Of a stretch of DNA of 32,000 bases, positions 1-8,284 are shown one piece after another (position 1 is the stretch's first letter; each line of letters opens with the position of its first letter). Where the stretch lies: contig NZ_LN831024.1 of assembly GCF_001457615.1 (NCBI RefSeq), positions 5,070,001 to 5,102,000 of the forward strand, read 5' to 3'. The translations under genes were made by a program, and so were the position numbers. The notes beneath the pieces were generated by a model. The model searched no databases and was not told where the DNA came from. It was given only the letters and a program-made list of their open reading frames with translations. Source of the DNA: Pseudomonas aeruginosa. Lineage in GTDB: Bacteria > Pseudomonadota > Gammaproteobacteria > Pseudomonadales > Pseudomonadaceae.

Positions 1-963
1 TTCACCCGCTACCGCAAGGATGCCCAGGTGCGCTACGCAGCCAACCCCGACTACTGGAAGGGCAAGCCGGCCATCGACCACCTGGTGCTGGCGATCACCC
101 TCGACCCCAACGTGCGCGTGCAGCGCCTGCGCCGCAACGAATGCCAGATCGCCCTGACGCCCAAGCCCGAAGACGTCGCCGCGTTACGCCAGGACCCGCA
201 ACTGACGGTGCTGGAAGAAGCGGCGATGATCACCTCACACGCCGCGATCAACACCCGGCACGAACCGTTCGACGACCCGCGCGTGCGCCGGGCGATCGCC
301 ATGGGCTTCAACAAGTCGTCCTACCTGAAGATCGTCTTCGGCGACCAGGCCCGCCCGGCCATCGGCCCCTACCCGCCGATGCTGCTCGGCTACGACGACA
401 GCATCCGCGACTGGCCCTACGACCCCGAACGGGCCAAGGCCCTGCTGAAGGAAGCCGGCGTCACCCCGGACACACCCCTGAACCTCTACATCAGCACCGG
501 CAGCGGCCCCGGCGGCAACCCGGCGCGAGTGGCGCAACTGATCCAGTCCGACCTGGCCGCCATCGGCATCCGGGTGAACATCCGCCAGTTCGAGTGGGGC
601 GAGATGGTCAAGCGTACCAAGGCCGGCGAACACGACATGATGCTCTACAGCTGGATCGGCGATAACGGCGACCCGGACAACTTCCTCACCCACAACCTCG
701 GCTGCGCCTCGGTGGAGTCCGGGGAAAATCGCGCGCGCTGGTGCGACAAGGGCTTCGACGAAGCCATCCGCAAGGCGCGCATGAGCAACGACGAGAGCCA
801 ACGGGTAGCGTTGTACAAGGAAGCGCAGCGGATCTTCCACGAGCAGATGCCCTGGTTGCCGCTGGCGCATCCGTTGATGTTCGACGCGCAACGCAAGAAC
901 GTCAGCGGCTACCGCATGAGCCCGATGTCGGCGCGGGACTTTTCGCGGGTGAAGCTGGACTGA
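1..963 (+). CDS. dppA2: Periplasmic di/oligopeptide ABC substrate-binding protein, SBP family 5 (5'-truncated by the window edge), DppA2-like
   Basis: Frame 1 is open from base 1 ([39 protein letters not shown]...) to TGA 961-963. It is strongly paralogous to the two complete SBPs in the window. The ORF-track start at 28 is internal. Confidence 0.93.
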
Positions 964-969
964 TCGCTG

Positions 970-1014
970 CGCCGCACGCGGGAAGCCCTGGCCCTTGCCT
1001 TCCCGCGTGCGGCG
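970..1014. terminator. Long intergenic hairpin between convergent dppA2 and mdpA
   Basis: Perfect 16-bp inverted repeat CGCCGCACGCGGGAAG (970-985) / CTTCCCGCGTGCGGCG (999-1014) with a 13-nt loop. The T-tract is weak (TTATCGTT). Confidence 0.6.
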
Positions 1015-1030
1015 TTATCGTTCGGCCGGC

Positions 1031-2248
1031 TCAGCCGCCGAGGCCGAAGGGATCGTCGATGGACGGACTCGGTTGGGTGAACCAGCGTGGTCCTTCCTCC
1101 GTCATGTAGAAGTGATCCTCCAGGCGAATGCCGAACTCGCCGGGCACGCAGATCATCGGTTCGTTGCTGAAGCACATGCCGACATCCAGCGGCGTGCGAT
1201 CGCCACGCACCAGGTACGGGCCTTCGTGGACATCCATGCCGATGCCATGCCCGGTGCGGTGCGGCAGGCCAGGCAGGCGGTAGTCCGGCCCCAGGCCGTT
1301 GGCCTCCAGCGAACGCCGCGCGGCGGCGTCCACCGCCTCGCAGGGCTGGCCCAGACGCGCGGCCTCGAAGGCCGCCAGTTGGGCGTCGCGCTCCATCCCC
1401 CAGAATTCGCGCTGGCGTGCGCTGGGCGTGCCGAACACATAGCTGCGGGTGATATCCGACTGGTAGCCGTGCACCTGGCAGCCGGTATCGATCAGCACCA
1501 TGTCGCCATCCTTCAGCACCTGCGCATGCTTCACCCCATGCGGGAAGGCACTGGCGGCACCGAACAGGACGATGCAGAAGGTCGAACCGGGCGCGCCCAC
1601 CTTGCGGTGCGCCTGGTGGATGAACTCGGCGACTTCGGTGGTGCTGATGCCTTCGCGGAGAATGCTCGCCGCGGCCTTCTGCACTTCCAGGGTCATGTCC
1701 TTGGCCCGCTGCATCAGCGCCAGCTCCTCGGCCGACTTGCGCATCCGTCCCTGGTCGATCAGCGGCGCGGCGCTGACGAAGTTCCTGCCCGGCGCCTGTT
1801 GGCGCAAGCGCTCGAACATGCCGAACGGCAGGCTCGGACACAGTGCGACCGTGCTGCGCTCGCCCACGCCGAGCGCCTCCAGGCGATCGAGCAGCAGGCG
1901 ATAGGGATCCTGGTGTTCCTCCCAGGTGTGGATGGCGCCATCGACCACCTGGAAGTCGCGCACCGTACCTTCCTCGAAGGCCGGCGCAAGGTATTCGAGG
2001 GCGCCCTCGGCGGGCAGTAGAGCACCCACCAGGCGTTCACTGGGGTGCCATTGCACGCCGCTGAAGTAACGCAGGTTGCTGCCTGCATGCAGGTACGCCG
2101 CGGCGATGCCATGCTCGCCCATCCACGCCTGGGCCGCGGCGATTCGCGCACGGTAAGACGCCAGGCCGATCGGCTGCGCGCCGTCCATCATGTTCCGCAG
2201 ACGCTCCAGCGCCTGCGCAGGGGTACTCCCGCCAACACCCACGGTCAT
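1031..2248 (-). CDS. mdpA: M24-family metallopeptidase (Xaa-Pro aminopeptidase-like), MdpA
   Basis: 405-aa ORF with M24 signatures (RKVGAPGSTFCIVLFG, GDMVLIDTGCQVHGYQSDITRSY, LPHRTGHGIGMDVHEGPYL). It is divergent from psdR, and AGGAG lies 8 nt before the ATG. Confidence 0.93.
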   Translation of the reverse strand: MTVGVGGSTPAQALERLRNMMDGAQPIGLASYRARIAAAQAWMGEHGIAAAYLHAGSNLRYFSGVQWHPSERLVGALLPAEGALEYLAPAFEEGTVRDFQVVDGAIHTWEEHQDPYRLLLDRLEALGVGERSTVALCPSLPFGMFERLRQQAPGRNFVSAAPLIDQGRMRKSAEELALMQRAKDMTLEVQKAAASILREGISTTEVAEFIHQAHRKVGAPGSTFCIVLFGAASAFPHGVKHAQVLKDGDMVLIDTGCQVHGYQSDITRSYVFGTPSARQREFWGMERDAQLAAFEAARLGQPCEAVDAAARRSLEANGLGPDYRLPGLPHRTGHGIGMDVHEGPYLVRGDRTPLDVGMCFSNEPMICVPGEFGIRLEDHFYMTEEGPRWFTQPSPSIDDPFGLGG

Positions 2249-2256
2249 TTGTTGTT
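2249..2256 (-). promoter_or_regulatory. Candidate Crc/Hfq CA motif (AACAACAA) between the SD and ATG of mdpA
   Basis: The minus strand reads GAGGAG-AACAACAA-ATG, a perfect AAYAAYAA match. Confidence 0.5.
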
Positions 2257-2278
2257 CTCCTCGTCTGGACCGGGCTGA

Positions 2279-2307
2279 AATTTAAGTCGAGCTTAAATTC
2301 AGGTCAA
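2279..2307 (-). promoter_or_regulatory. Putative sigma70 promoter of mdpA with an operator dyad overlapping spacer and -10
   Basis: The minus strand reads TTGACC-N17-TAAATT. The perfect dyad AATTTAAG-TCGAG-CTTAAATT is at 2279-2299. Confidence 0.6.
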
Positions 2308-2312
2308 AACAA

Positions 2313-2333
2313 ATTTTCAGTCACACTTAAAAA
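2313..2333. promoter_or_regulatory. Second putative PsdR-type operator dyad upstream of the mdpA -35
   Basis: ATTTTCAG-TCACA-CTTAAAAA has the same 8-5-8 layout. Its centre is 34 bp from the dyad at 2279-2299. Confidence 0.5.
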
Positions 2334-2416
2334 ATAGGGGTTCGGGTAGTTCATCTGTCAGACTTTATTGACGCCCCGCGCTGGGTATACTGCGCCTTTC
2401 AACAAGAGTCTCCCCA

Positions 2417-3026
2417 ATGACCGTAGACCGCATCGGCGAACGCCTGCGTCGCTATCGCCGCGCCGACCGTAGACCGCATCGGCGAACGCCTGCGTCGCTA
2501 TCGCCGCGCCGCCAAGAAGACCCTGCACCAAGTCGCCAGCGAATCCGGTCTCACCGCGAGCTTCCTCTCCCAGGCGGAGCGCAACCTCACCGGTGTATCG
2601 ATCTCTTCCCTGGCCAACATCGCCAAGTCGCTGAATATCCCGCTCAATGCCCTGTTCGACCAACCGGCACAACCCCAGCCCGACTCCCACGAAGGCGAGC
2701 GGGTACGCTACACCATCGAGGGCCAGCCGCTGGCCTACGAACGCCTGTCCAGCTCCTTCCCCGGCAACCTGATCAATGCGGTCAAGATGAACATGCCGGT
2801 GGGCTACCAGTCGGAGCTGATCTCCCATGAGGGCGCCGAGTTCTCCTACGTCCTGTCCGGGCAGATCGTCTACACCATCGAGGGGCGCCAGTACCCCCTC
2901 GGCGCCGGCGACTCGGTGCACTTCGACGCGACCAAGACCCATTGCCTGGCCAACGTCGGCAGCGATGTGGCGGAAGTCCTGACCATCACCACCATGGGCC
3001 TGTTCGACGACCATCCGACGCCCTGA
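2417..3026 (+). pseudogene. psdR: psdR, XRE-family HTH plus cupin regulator, frameshifted by a 46-bp tandem duplication
   Basis: Removing one 46-bp copy restores MTVDRIGERLRRYRRAAKKTLHQVASESGLTASFLSQAERNLTGVSISSLANIAKSL...MNMPVGYQSELISHEGAEFSYVLSGQIVY... through TGA 3024-3026 (187 aa). As present, the frame diverges after codon 16 and ends at 2830. Confidence 0.93.
2419..2510 (+). repeat. Exact 46-bp tandem duplication (2419-2464 and 2465-2510)
   Basis: Both copies read gaccgtagaccgcatcggcgaacgcctgcgtcgctatcgccgcgcc. The 1-bp homology (g) at the junction extends periodicity to 2511. Confidence 0.99.
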
Positions 3027-3079
3027 GCCAGTCCGTAGCGCACCTTCCCATCCTGTCAGGCAAACGTTTTCGCAATAGA

Positions 3080-3100
3080 AATGTTAGTCGTGCTTAATTT
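3080..3100. promoter_or_regulatory. Putative upstream PsdR-type operator of dppA3
   Basis: AATGTTAG-TCGTG-CTTAATTT has an 8-5-8 layout and lies immediately upstream of the -35. Confidence 0.5.
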
Positions 3101-3103
3101 TCG

Positions 3104-3132
3104 TTGACCACAATTTCAGCATGACTTAATTT
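3104..3132 (+). promoter_or_regulatory. Putative sigma70 promoter of dppA3 with an operator dyad over spacer and -10
   Basis: TTGACC (3104-3109)-N17-TAATTT (3127-3132). The dyad AATTTCAG-CATGA-CTTAATTT is at 3112-3132. The layout is essentially that of the mdpA promoter. Confidence 0.58.
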
Positions 3133-3154
3133 CGGCATCAGCGAATCGTCGACC

Positions 3155-3162
3155 AACAACAA
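3155..3162 (+). promoter_or_regulatory. Candidate Crc/Hfq CA motif (AACAACAA) in the dppA3 leader
   Basis: Perfect AAYAAYAA match shortly after the predicted transcription start. Confidence 0.4.
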
Positions 3163-3291
3163 ACGGACGATCGCTGTCGCCGCACAGGGTCCATGGCTGT
3201 CACCCGCCATCCATGGAAAGGCGAGAGTTGCCATGGCCCATAAGGCCGATCCTCAGACGATGCCCTTAGAAAAAGAAAAAATGAGGTTTGC

Positions 3292-4893
3292 ATGCGTAAG
3301 ATCCTTCCCCTTCGGGCCTGGCTGGCAGCCGGTCTGATCCTCGGCTCCCCGTTCTCCCACGCCGCCAGCAACCTGGTGTTCTGCTCGGAGGGCAGCCCGG
3401 CCGGCTTCGATCCCGCCCAGTACACCACCGGCACCGACTACGACGCGACCTCGGTCACCCTGTTCAACCGCCTCGTCCAGTTCGAGCGCGGCGGCACCCG
3501 GGCGATCCCGGCCCTGGCGGAAAGCTGGGACATCGGCGACGACGGCAAGACCTACACCTTCCACCTGCGCAAGGGTGTGAAGTTCCACAGCACCGACTAC
3601 TTCAAGCCGACCCGCGAATTCAACGCCGACGATGTGCTGTTCACCTTCCAGCGCATGCTCGACAAGAATCATCCGTTCCGCAAGGCCTACCCCACCGAGT
3701 TTCCCTACTTCACCGACATGGGCCTGGACAAGAACATCGCCAGGGTCGAGAAGCTCGACGAGCACAGGGTGAAGTTCACCCTCAACGAGGTCGACGCCGC
3801 CTTCATCCAGAACCTGGCGATGGACGTCGCCTCGATCCAGTCCGCCGAGTACGCCGGGCAGTTGCTCGAGGCCGGCAAGCCACAGCAGATCAACCAGAAG
3901 CCGATCGGCACCGGGCCTTTCATCCTGAGCCGCTACCAGAAGGATGCGCAGATCCGCTTCAAGGGCAACAAGGACTACTGGAAACCCGAAGACGTGAAGA
4001 TCGACAACCTGATCTTCTCGATCAACACCGACGCCGCGGTGCGCGCGCAGAAGCTCAAGGCCGGCGAGTGCCAGATCACCCTCAACCCACGCCCCGCCGA
4101 TCTCAAGGCCCTGCAGGAAGCGGCGAACCTGAAGGTGCCCTCGCAGCCAGGCTTCAACCTCGGCTACATCGCCTACAACGTCACCCACAAGCCGTTCGAC
4201 CAGCTCGAAGTACGCCAGGCGCTGGACATGGCGGTGAACAAGCAGGCCATCATCGACGCCGTCTACCAGGGTGCCGGGCAACTGGCGGTGAACGGCATGC
4301 CGCCGACCCAGTGGTCCTATGACGAAACCATCAAGGACGCCCCGTTCGATCCGGCCAAGGCCCGGGAACTGCTGAAGAAGGCCGGCGTCGCCGAGGGCAC
4401 CGAGATCACCCTGTGGGCGATGCCGGTGCAGCGTCCCTACAACCCCAACGCCAAGCTGATGGCGGAGATGATCCAGGCCGACTGGGCGAAGATCGGCATC
4501 AAGGCCAGGATCGTCAGCTACGAATGGGGCGAGTACATCAAGCGCGCCCATGCCGGCGAGCATGACGCCATGCTGTTCGGCTGGACCGGCGACAACGGCG
4601 ATCCGGACAACTGGCTGGCGACCCTCTACGGCTGCGACTCGATCAACGGCAACAACGTATCGAAATGGTGCGACGCGGCCTACGACAAGCTGGTCAAGGC
4701 TGCCAAGCGGGTCTCCGACCAGGACAAACGCAGCGAGCTGTACAAGCAGGCCCAGCACATCCTCAAGGAGCAGGTGCCGATCACCCCGATCGCCCACTCC
4801 ACCGTGTACCAGCCGATGAACAAGTCGGTGCATGACTTCAAGATCAGCCCCTTCTCGCGGAACGCCTTCTATGGCGTAGCCAACCAGCCCTGA
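3292..4893 (+). CDS. dppA3: Di/tripeptide ABC transporter substrate-binding protein DppA3
   Basis: 533 aa with a signal peptide (MRKILPLRAWLAAGLILGSPFSHAASNLVFCSEGSPAGFDPAQYTTG). SBP family 5 throughout. First gene of the dpp cluster, downstream of psdR. Confidence 0.95.
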   Translation: MRKILPLRAWLAAGLILGSPFSHAASNLVFCSEGSPAGFDPAQYTTGTDYDATSVTLFNRLVQFERGGTRAIPALAESWDIGDDGKTYTFHLRKGVKFHSTDYFKPTREFNADDVLFTFQRMLDKNHPFRKAYPTEFPYFTDMGLDKNIARVEKLDEHRVKFTLNEVDAAFIQNLAMDVASIQSAEYAGQLLEAGKPQQINQKPIGTGPFILSRYQKDAQIRFKGNKDYWKPEDVKIDNLIFSINTDAAVRAQKLKAGECQITLNPRPADLKALQEAANLKVPSQPGFNLGYIAYNVTHKPFDQLEVRQALDMAVNKQAIIDAVYQGAGQLAVNGMPPTQWSYDETIKDAPFDPAKARELLKKAGVAEGTEITLWAMPVQRPYNPNAKLMAEMIQADWAKIGIKARIVSYEWGEYIKRAHAGEHDAMLFGWTGDNGDPDNWLATLYGCDSINGNNVSKWCDAAYDKLVKAAKRVSDQDKRSELYKQAQHILKEQVPITPIAHSTVYQPMNKSVHDFKISPFSRNAFYGVANQP

Positions 4894-4902
4894 TGCCGAC
4901 GC

Positions 4903-4929
4903 CACCCCGGTCGTGAAACGACCGGGGTG
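4903..4929 (+). terminator. Intercistronic hairpin between dppA3 and opdP (attenuator or 3'-end stabiliser)
   Basis: CACCCCGGTCG-TGAAA-CGACCGGGGTG, an 11-bp perfect stem with no U-tract. Confidence 0.6.
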
Positions 4930-5096
4930 CAGAAGAACGGCACGACCCGTACTTCATTTCTTTGCTTTTCCTGCCCGTGTTCCAGAACGGCGCTGCGCGC
5001 GTTCCGCCAGGAGCGCTCGCCTCGCCGTATTCGACCGCCGCGCCCAGGCGCGGGCGAAACCGGCGCAAACCTGGTGGGTAAAACAGGTGCCATGAC

Positions 5097-5104
5097 AACA
5101 ATAA
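5097..5104 (+). promoter_or_regulatory. Candidate Crc/Hfq CA motif (AACAATAA) just upstream of the opdP SD
   Basis: gacAACAATAAagggag; perfect AAYAAYAA adjacent to the SD. Confidence 0.5.
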
Positions 5105-5117
5105 AGGGAGCAATCAG

Positions 5118-6572
5118 GTGATGAGATACCAACGAGTGACCGGCGCGACGCTGGGACTGGCCTTGATGGCATCGGCCGCGCCAGGCTGGGCGGCGGACGA
5201 GCAGGCAACCCCGCCGACCCCGGACAATCCCAGCTACGCCGCCCAGGTGCAGAGCATCCCCAGCGTGGAGAAACCGATCAAGGGCCAGGCCGGCGCCAGC
5301 GGGCTGTTCGAGGGGCAGAGCCTGACCCTGACCACCCGCAACTTCTACTCGCGGGAAAACATGAAGGACAGCTTCACCTTCCGCATTCCCAAGGCCGGCG
5401 GCGGCTCCCAGCGCATCCACCAGCGCAACGCCTGGGTCCAGGGCACGGTGCTCAAGTACAGCTCGGGCTACACCCAGGGCAGCATCGGCTTCGGCTTCGA
5501 CGTCGCAGCCTTCAACGAGATCGCCCTGGAGCGCGGCAAGGGCCGCATCGGCGGCGGCGGCAACCGGACCCTGGCGAACAGCGATGGCGAGGCGATCGGC
5601 GAGTGGTCCAAGCTGGGCGTCGCCAACATCCGCCTGCGCGCCTCGAATACCGAATTCAAGGCCGGTCGCTTCCTGGTCAACACTCCAGTGTTCAGCTATA
5701 TCGACAACCGTGCCCTGCCCTCCAGCTTCACCGGCTTCGCCGTGACCAGCGAGGAGCTGGACAACCTCAGCCTGCAGGCCGGCAGCTTCCGCAAGGTCAG
5801 CCCGCGGACCGGTTCCGGCGACGAGGACATGACCACCGAGTACGGCACCCGCCAGGTCAAGGGCGACCGCCTGAACTACCTGGGCGGCAACTACAAGCCG
5901 CTCGACGGGCTGGAAATCTCCCTCTATGGCTCGCATTTCCAGGACGTCTGGAACCAGTACTACCTGGGCGTGACCCACGACATCGGCGACCTCGAGAACG
6001 GCATCGCCCTGCGCACCGCCTTCAACGGCTACCACACCGGCGACACCGGCGCGCGCGAGGCCGGCTACATCGACAACGACACCTGGAGCCTGGCCTTCAC
6101 TCTCGGCCATCGCGCCCACGCCCTGACCCTGGCCTACCAGCAGGTCGACGGCAACGAATACTTCGACTACGTGCACGAGACCTCGGCGATCTTCCTGGCC
6201 AACTCGATGCTGGCCGACTACAACAGCCCCAACGAGAAGTCCGCGCAGATCCGCTACGAGACCGACTGGAGCTACTACGGGGTCCCCGGCCTGAGCACCG
6301 GCGTGTGGTACGTGAAGGGCTGGGACATCGACGGCACCCACTACGACGGCGATCGCAACGGTGCCTACGGCAACTACGCCGAGGTGCGCGCCCAGGACGG
6401 CGAGAAGCACCACGAGCTGGGCCTGATGGCGGCCTACAAGGTGCAGAACGGGCCGATCAAGGACAGCACCTTCAAGCTCACCTACATGATGCACAAGGCC
6501 AGCCAGAACCAGGTCGACGGCAGCGTCAACGAACTGCGCCTGGTCAGCACCTTCCCCTTCAACCTGCTGTAA
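5118..6572 (+). CDS. opdP: OprD/OccD-family dipeptide porin OpdP
   Basis: 484-aa OprD-like protein ([19 protein letters not shown]..., [13 protein letters not shown]-type porin segments). It sits between dppA3 and dppA4. The start could be GTG 5118 or ATG 5121. Confidence 0.92.
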   Translation: MMRYQRVTGATLGLALMASAAPGWAADEQATPPTPDNPSYAAQVQSIPSVEKPIKGQAGASGLFEGQSLTLTTRNFYSRENMKDSFTFRIPKAGGGSQRIHQRNAWVQGTVLKYSSGYTQGSIGFGFDVAAFNEIALERGKGRIGGGGNRTLANSDGEAIGEWSKLGVANIRLRASNTEFKAGRFLVNTPVFSYIDNRALPSSFTGFAVTSEELDNLSLQAGSFRKVSPRTGSGDEDMTTEYGTRQVKGDRLNYLGGNYKPLDGLEISLYGSHFQDVWNQYYLGVTHDIGDLENGIALRTAFNGYHTGDTGAREAGYIDNDTWSLAFTLGHRAHALTLAYQQVDGNEYFDYVHETSAIFLANSMLADYNSPNEKSAQIRYETDWSYYGVPGLSTGVWYVKGWDIDGTHYDGDRNGAYGNYAEVRAQDGEKHHELGLMAAYKVQNGPIKDSTFKLTYMMHKASQNQVDGSVNELRLVSTFPFNLL

Positions 6573-6621
6573 ACCTGCGACAACCGGCGGCCCCGGCGAC
6601 GGGGCCCACGAGGAGGACCCC

Positions 6622-8217
6622 ATGCTCCATCCGTTGCTCCGACACCTGCCCCTGGCCCTGGCGCTATGCGCCGCCGGCGCGGCCCAGGCGAAGAACCTGG
6701 TGGTCTGCACCGAGGCCAGCCCGGAAGGCTTCGACATCGTCCAGTACACCGGCGCGGTGACCGCCGACGCCTCCGCGGAAACCGTGTTCAACCGCCTGCT
6801 CGCCTTCCGCCCCGGCACCACCGAGGTGATCCCGGGGCTGGCCGAGCGCTGGGACGTCAGCGCCGACGGACTGAGCTATACCTTCCACCTGCGCCCCGGC
6901 GTGAAATTCCATACCACCGACTACTTCAAGCCGACCCGGAGCCTGAATGCCGATGATGTGCTGTGGACCTTCCAGCGCGCCCTCGATCCGAAGCATCCCT
7001 GGCATGCCTCGGCGCTGCGCGGCTACGCCTACTTCGACGCGATGGGCATGGGCGAGCTGATCAAGTCGGTGGAAAAGGTCGACGAGCTCACCGTGCGCTT
7101 CGTCCTCAACCGTCCCGAAGCGCCGTTCCTGCGCGATATGGCGATGCCCTTCGCGTCCATCTATTCCGCCGAGTACGGCGACCAGTTGCTCGCCGCCGGC
7201 AAGCAGGGCCAGCTGAACAACCAGCCGATCGGCACCGGGCCGTTCGTCTTCAAGCGCTACGCCAAGGACGCCCAGGTCCGCTATACGGCGAACCCGGACT
7301 ACTACGCCGGCAAGCCGCCGATCGACAACCTGGTGTTCGCCATTACCCTCGATCCCAACGTGCGCATGCAGAAGGTCCGTGCCGGCGAGTGCCAGGTCTC
7401 GCTGTACCCGAAACCGGAGGACGTGCCGCGCCTGAAGCAGGACCCGAACCTGGCGGTGGACGAGATCGATGCCCTGCTGACCACCTACATTGCCATCAAC
7501 ACCCAGCACAAGCCGCTCGACGACCCGCGCGTGCGCCAGGCGATCAACCTCGCGCTGGACAAGAAGGCCATGCTCGACGCGGTGTTCGGCCCCGGCGCGG
7601 CCAGTCCGGCGGTCGGTCCCTATCCCCCGACCCTGCTCGGCTACAACCATTCGATCCAGGACTGGCCGCACGATCCCGAACGCGCCAGGGCGCTGCTCAA
7701 GGAAGCCGGCGCGGAAAATCTCAGGATCACCCTGTTCATTCGCAACGGCACCTCGCCTACCATCCCCAACCCCGCCCTGGCGGCACAGATGCTGCAGGCA
7801 GACCTGGCCAAGGCCGGCATCCAGCTGACCATCCGTTCCCTGGAATGGGGCGAGCTGCTCAAGCGTTCGAAGGCCGGCGAGCACGACCTGTCGCTGCTTG
7901 GCTGGGCCGGCGACAACGGCGACCCGGACAACTTCCTCAGCCCGAACCTGAGCTGCGCCGCCGCCGAGTCGGGTGAAAACCAGGCGCGCTGGTGCGACAA
8001 GGACTTCGAGGCGCTGATGCGCAAGGCCCGCGAGGTGAGCGATCCGGCCGAGCGGGCGAAACTGTACGAGCAGGCCCAGGTGGTATTCCACGAACAGGCC
8101 CCATGGATACCGCTGGCCTACCCGAAGCTGTTCAACGTCCGGCGGAACACGGTGCAGGGCTACGTGATCAATCCGTTGAGCAACAACAACTTCGCCACCA
8201 CCTCGGTGAAGCCCTAG
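6622..8217 (+). CDS. dppA4: Di/tripeptide ABC transporter substrate-binding protein DppA4
   Basis: 531 aa with a signal peptide and SBP family 5 sequence ([20 protein letters not shown]...). Confidence 0.94.
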   Translation: MLHPLLRHLPLALALCAAGAAQAKNLVVCTEASPEGFDIVQYTGAVTADASAETVFNRLLAFRPGTTEVIPGLAERWDVSADGLSYTFHLRPGVKFHTTDYFKPTRSLNADDVLWTFQRALDPKHPWHASALRGYAYFDAMGMGELIKSVEKVDELTVRFVLNRPEAPFLRDMAMPFASIYSAEYGDQLLAAGKQGQLNNQPIGTGPFVFKRYAKDAQVRYTANPDYYAGKPPIDNLVFAITLDPNVRMQKVRAGECQVSLYPKPEDVPRLKQDPNLAVDEIDALLTTYIAINTQHKPLDDPRVRQAINLALDKKAMLDAVFGPGAASPAVGPYPPTLLGYNHSIQDWPHDPERARALLKEAGAENLRITLFIRNGTSPTIPNPALAAQMLQADLAKAGIQLTIRSLEWGELLKRSKAGEHDLSLLGWAGDNGDPDNFLSPNLSCAAAESGENQARWCDKDFEALMRKAREVSDPAERAKLYEQAQVVFHEQAPWIPLAYPKLFNVRRNTVQGYVINPLSNNNFATTSVKP

Positions 8218-8284
8218 AAGAACAAGGACCACAGCCCTGCCGCCAGCGGGGCGCACGGTCCGCGATGAGGAGTTACCCGCCAAC

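Noticed and set aside
2419-2510. The psdR duplication as an assembly artefact
   Set aside because: Not fully excludable here, but the copies are exact, short enough to be spanned by ordinary reads, and have clean junctions. The lesion also matches a known selective target. Read-level confirmation is still needed.
2417-2830. 137-aa plus-strand ORF as a real novel protein
   Set aside because: It is the frameshifted product of psdR created by the 46-bp duplication. After 16 native residues the sequence is out-of-frame translation.
2787-3026. 79-aa cupin ORF as an independent small protein
   Set aside because: It is the in-frame C-terminal remnant of psdR. There is no convincing SD and no HTH, and the upstream in-frame sequence matches the regulator.
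3253-4905. 550-aa minus-strand ORF antisense to dppA3
   Set aside because: Shadow ORF of a well-supported SBP gene. The same applies to 4869..6821, 6664..8463, 8273..9289, 10157..11188, 11212..12312, 26733..28001, 28183..29232 and 29293..30252.
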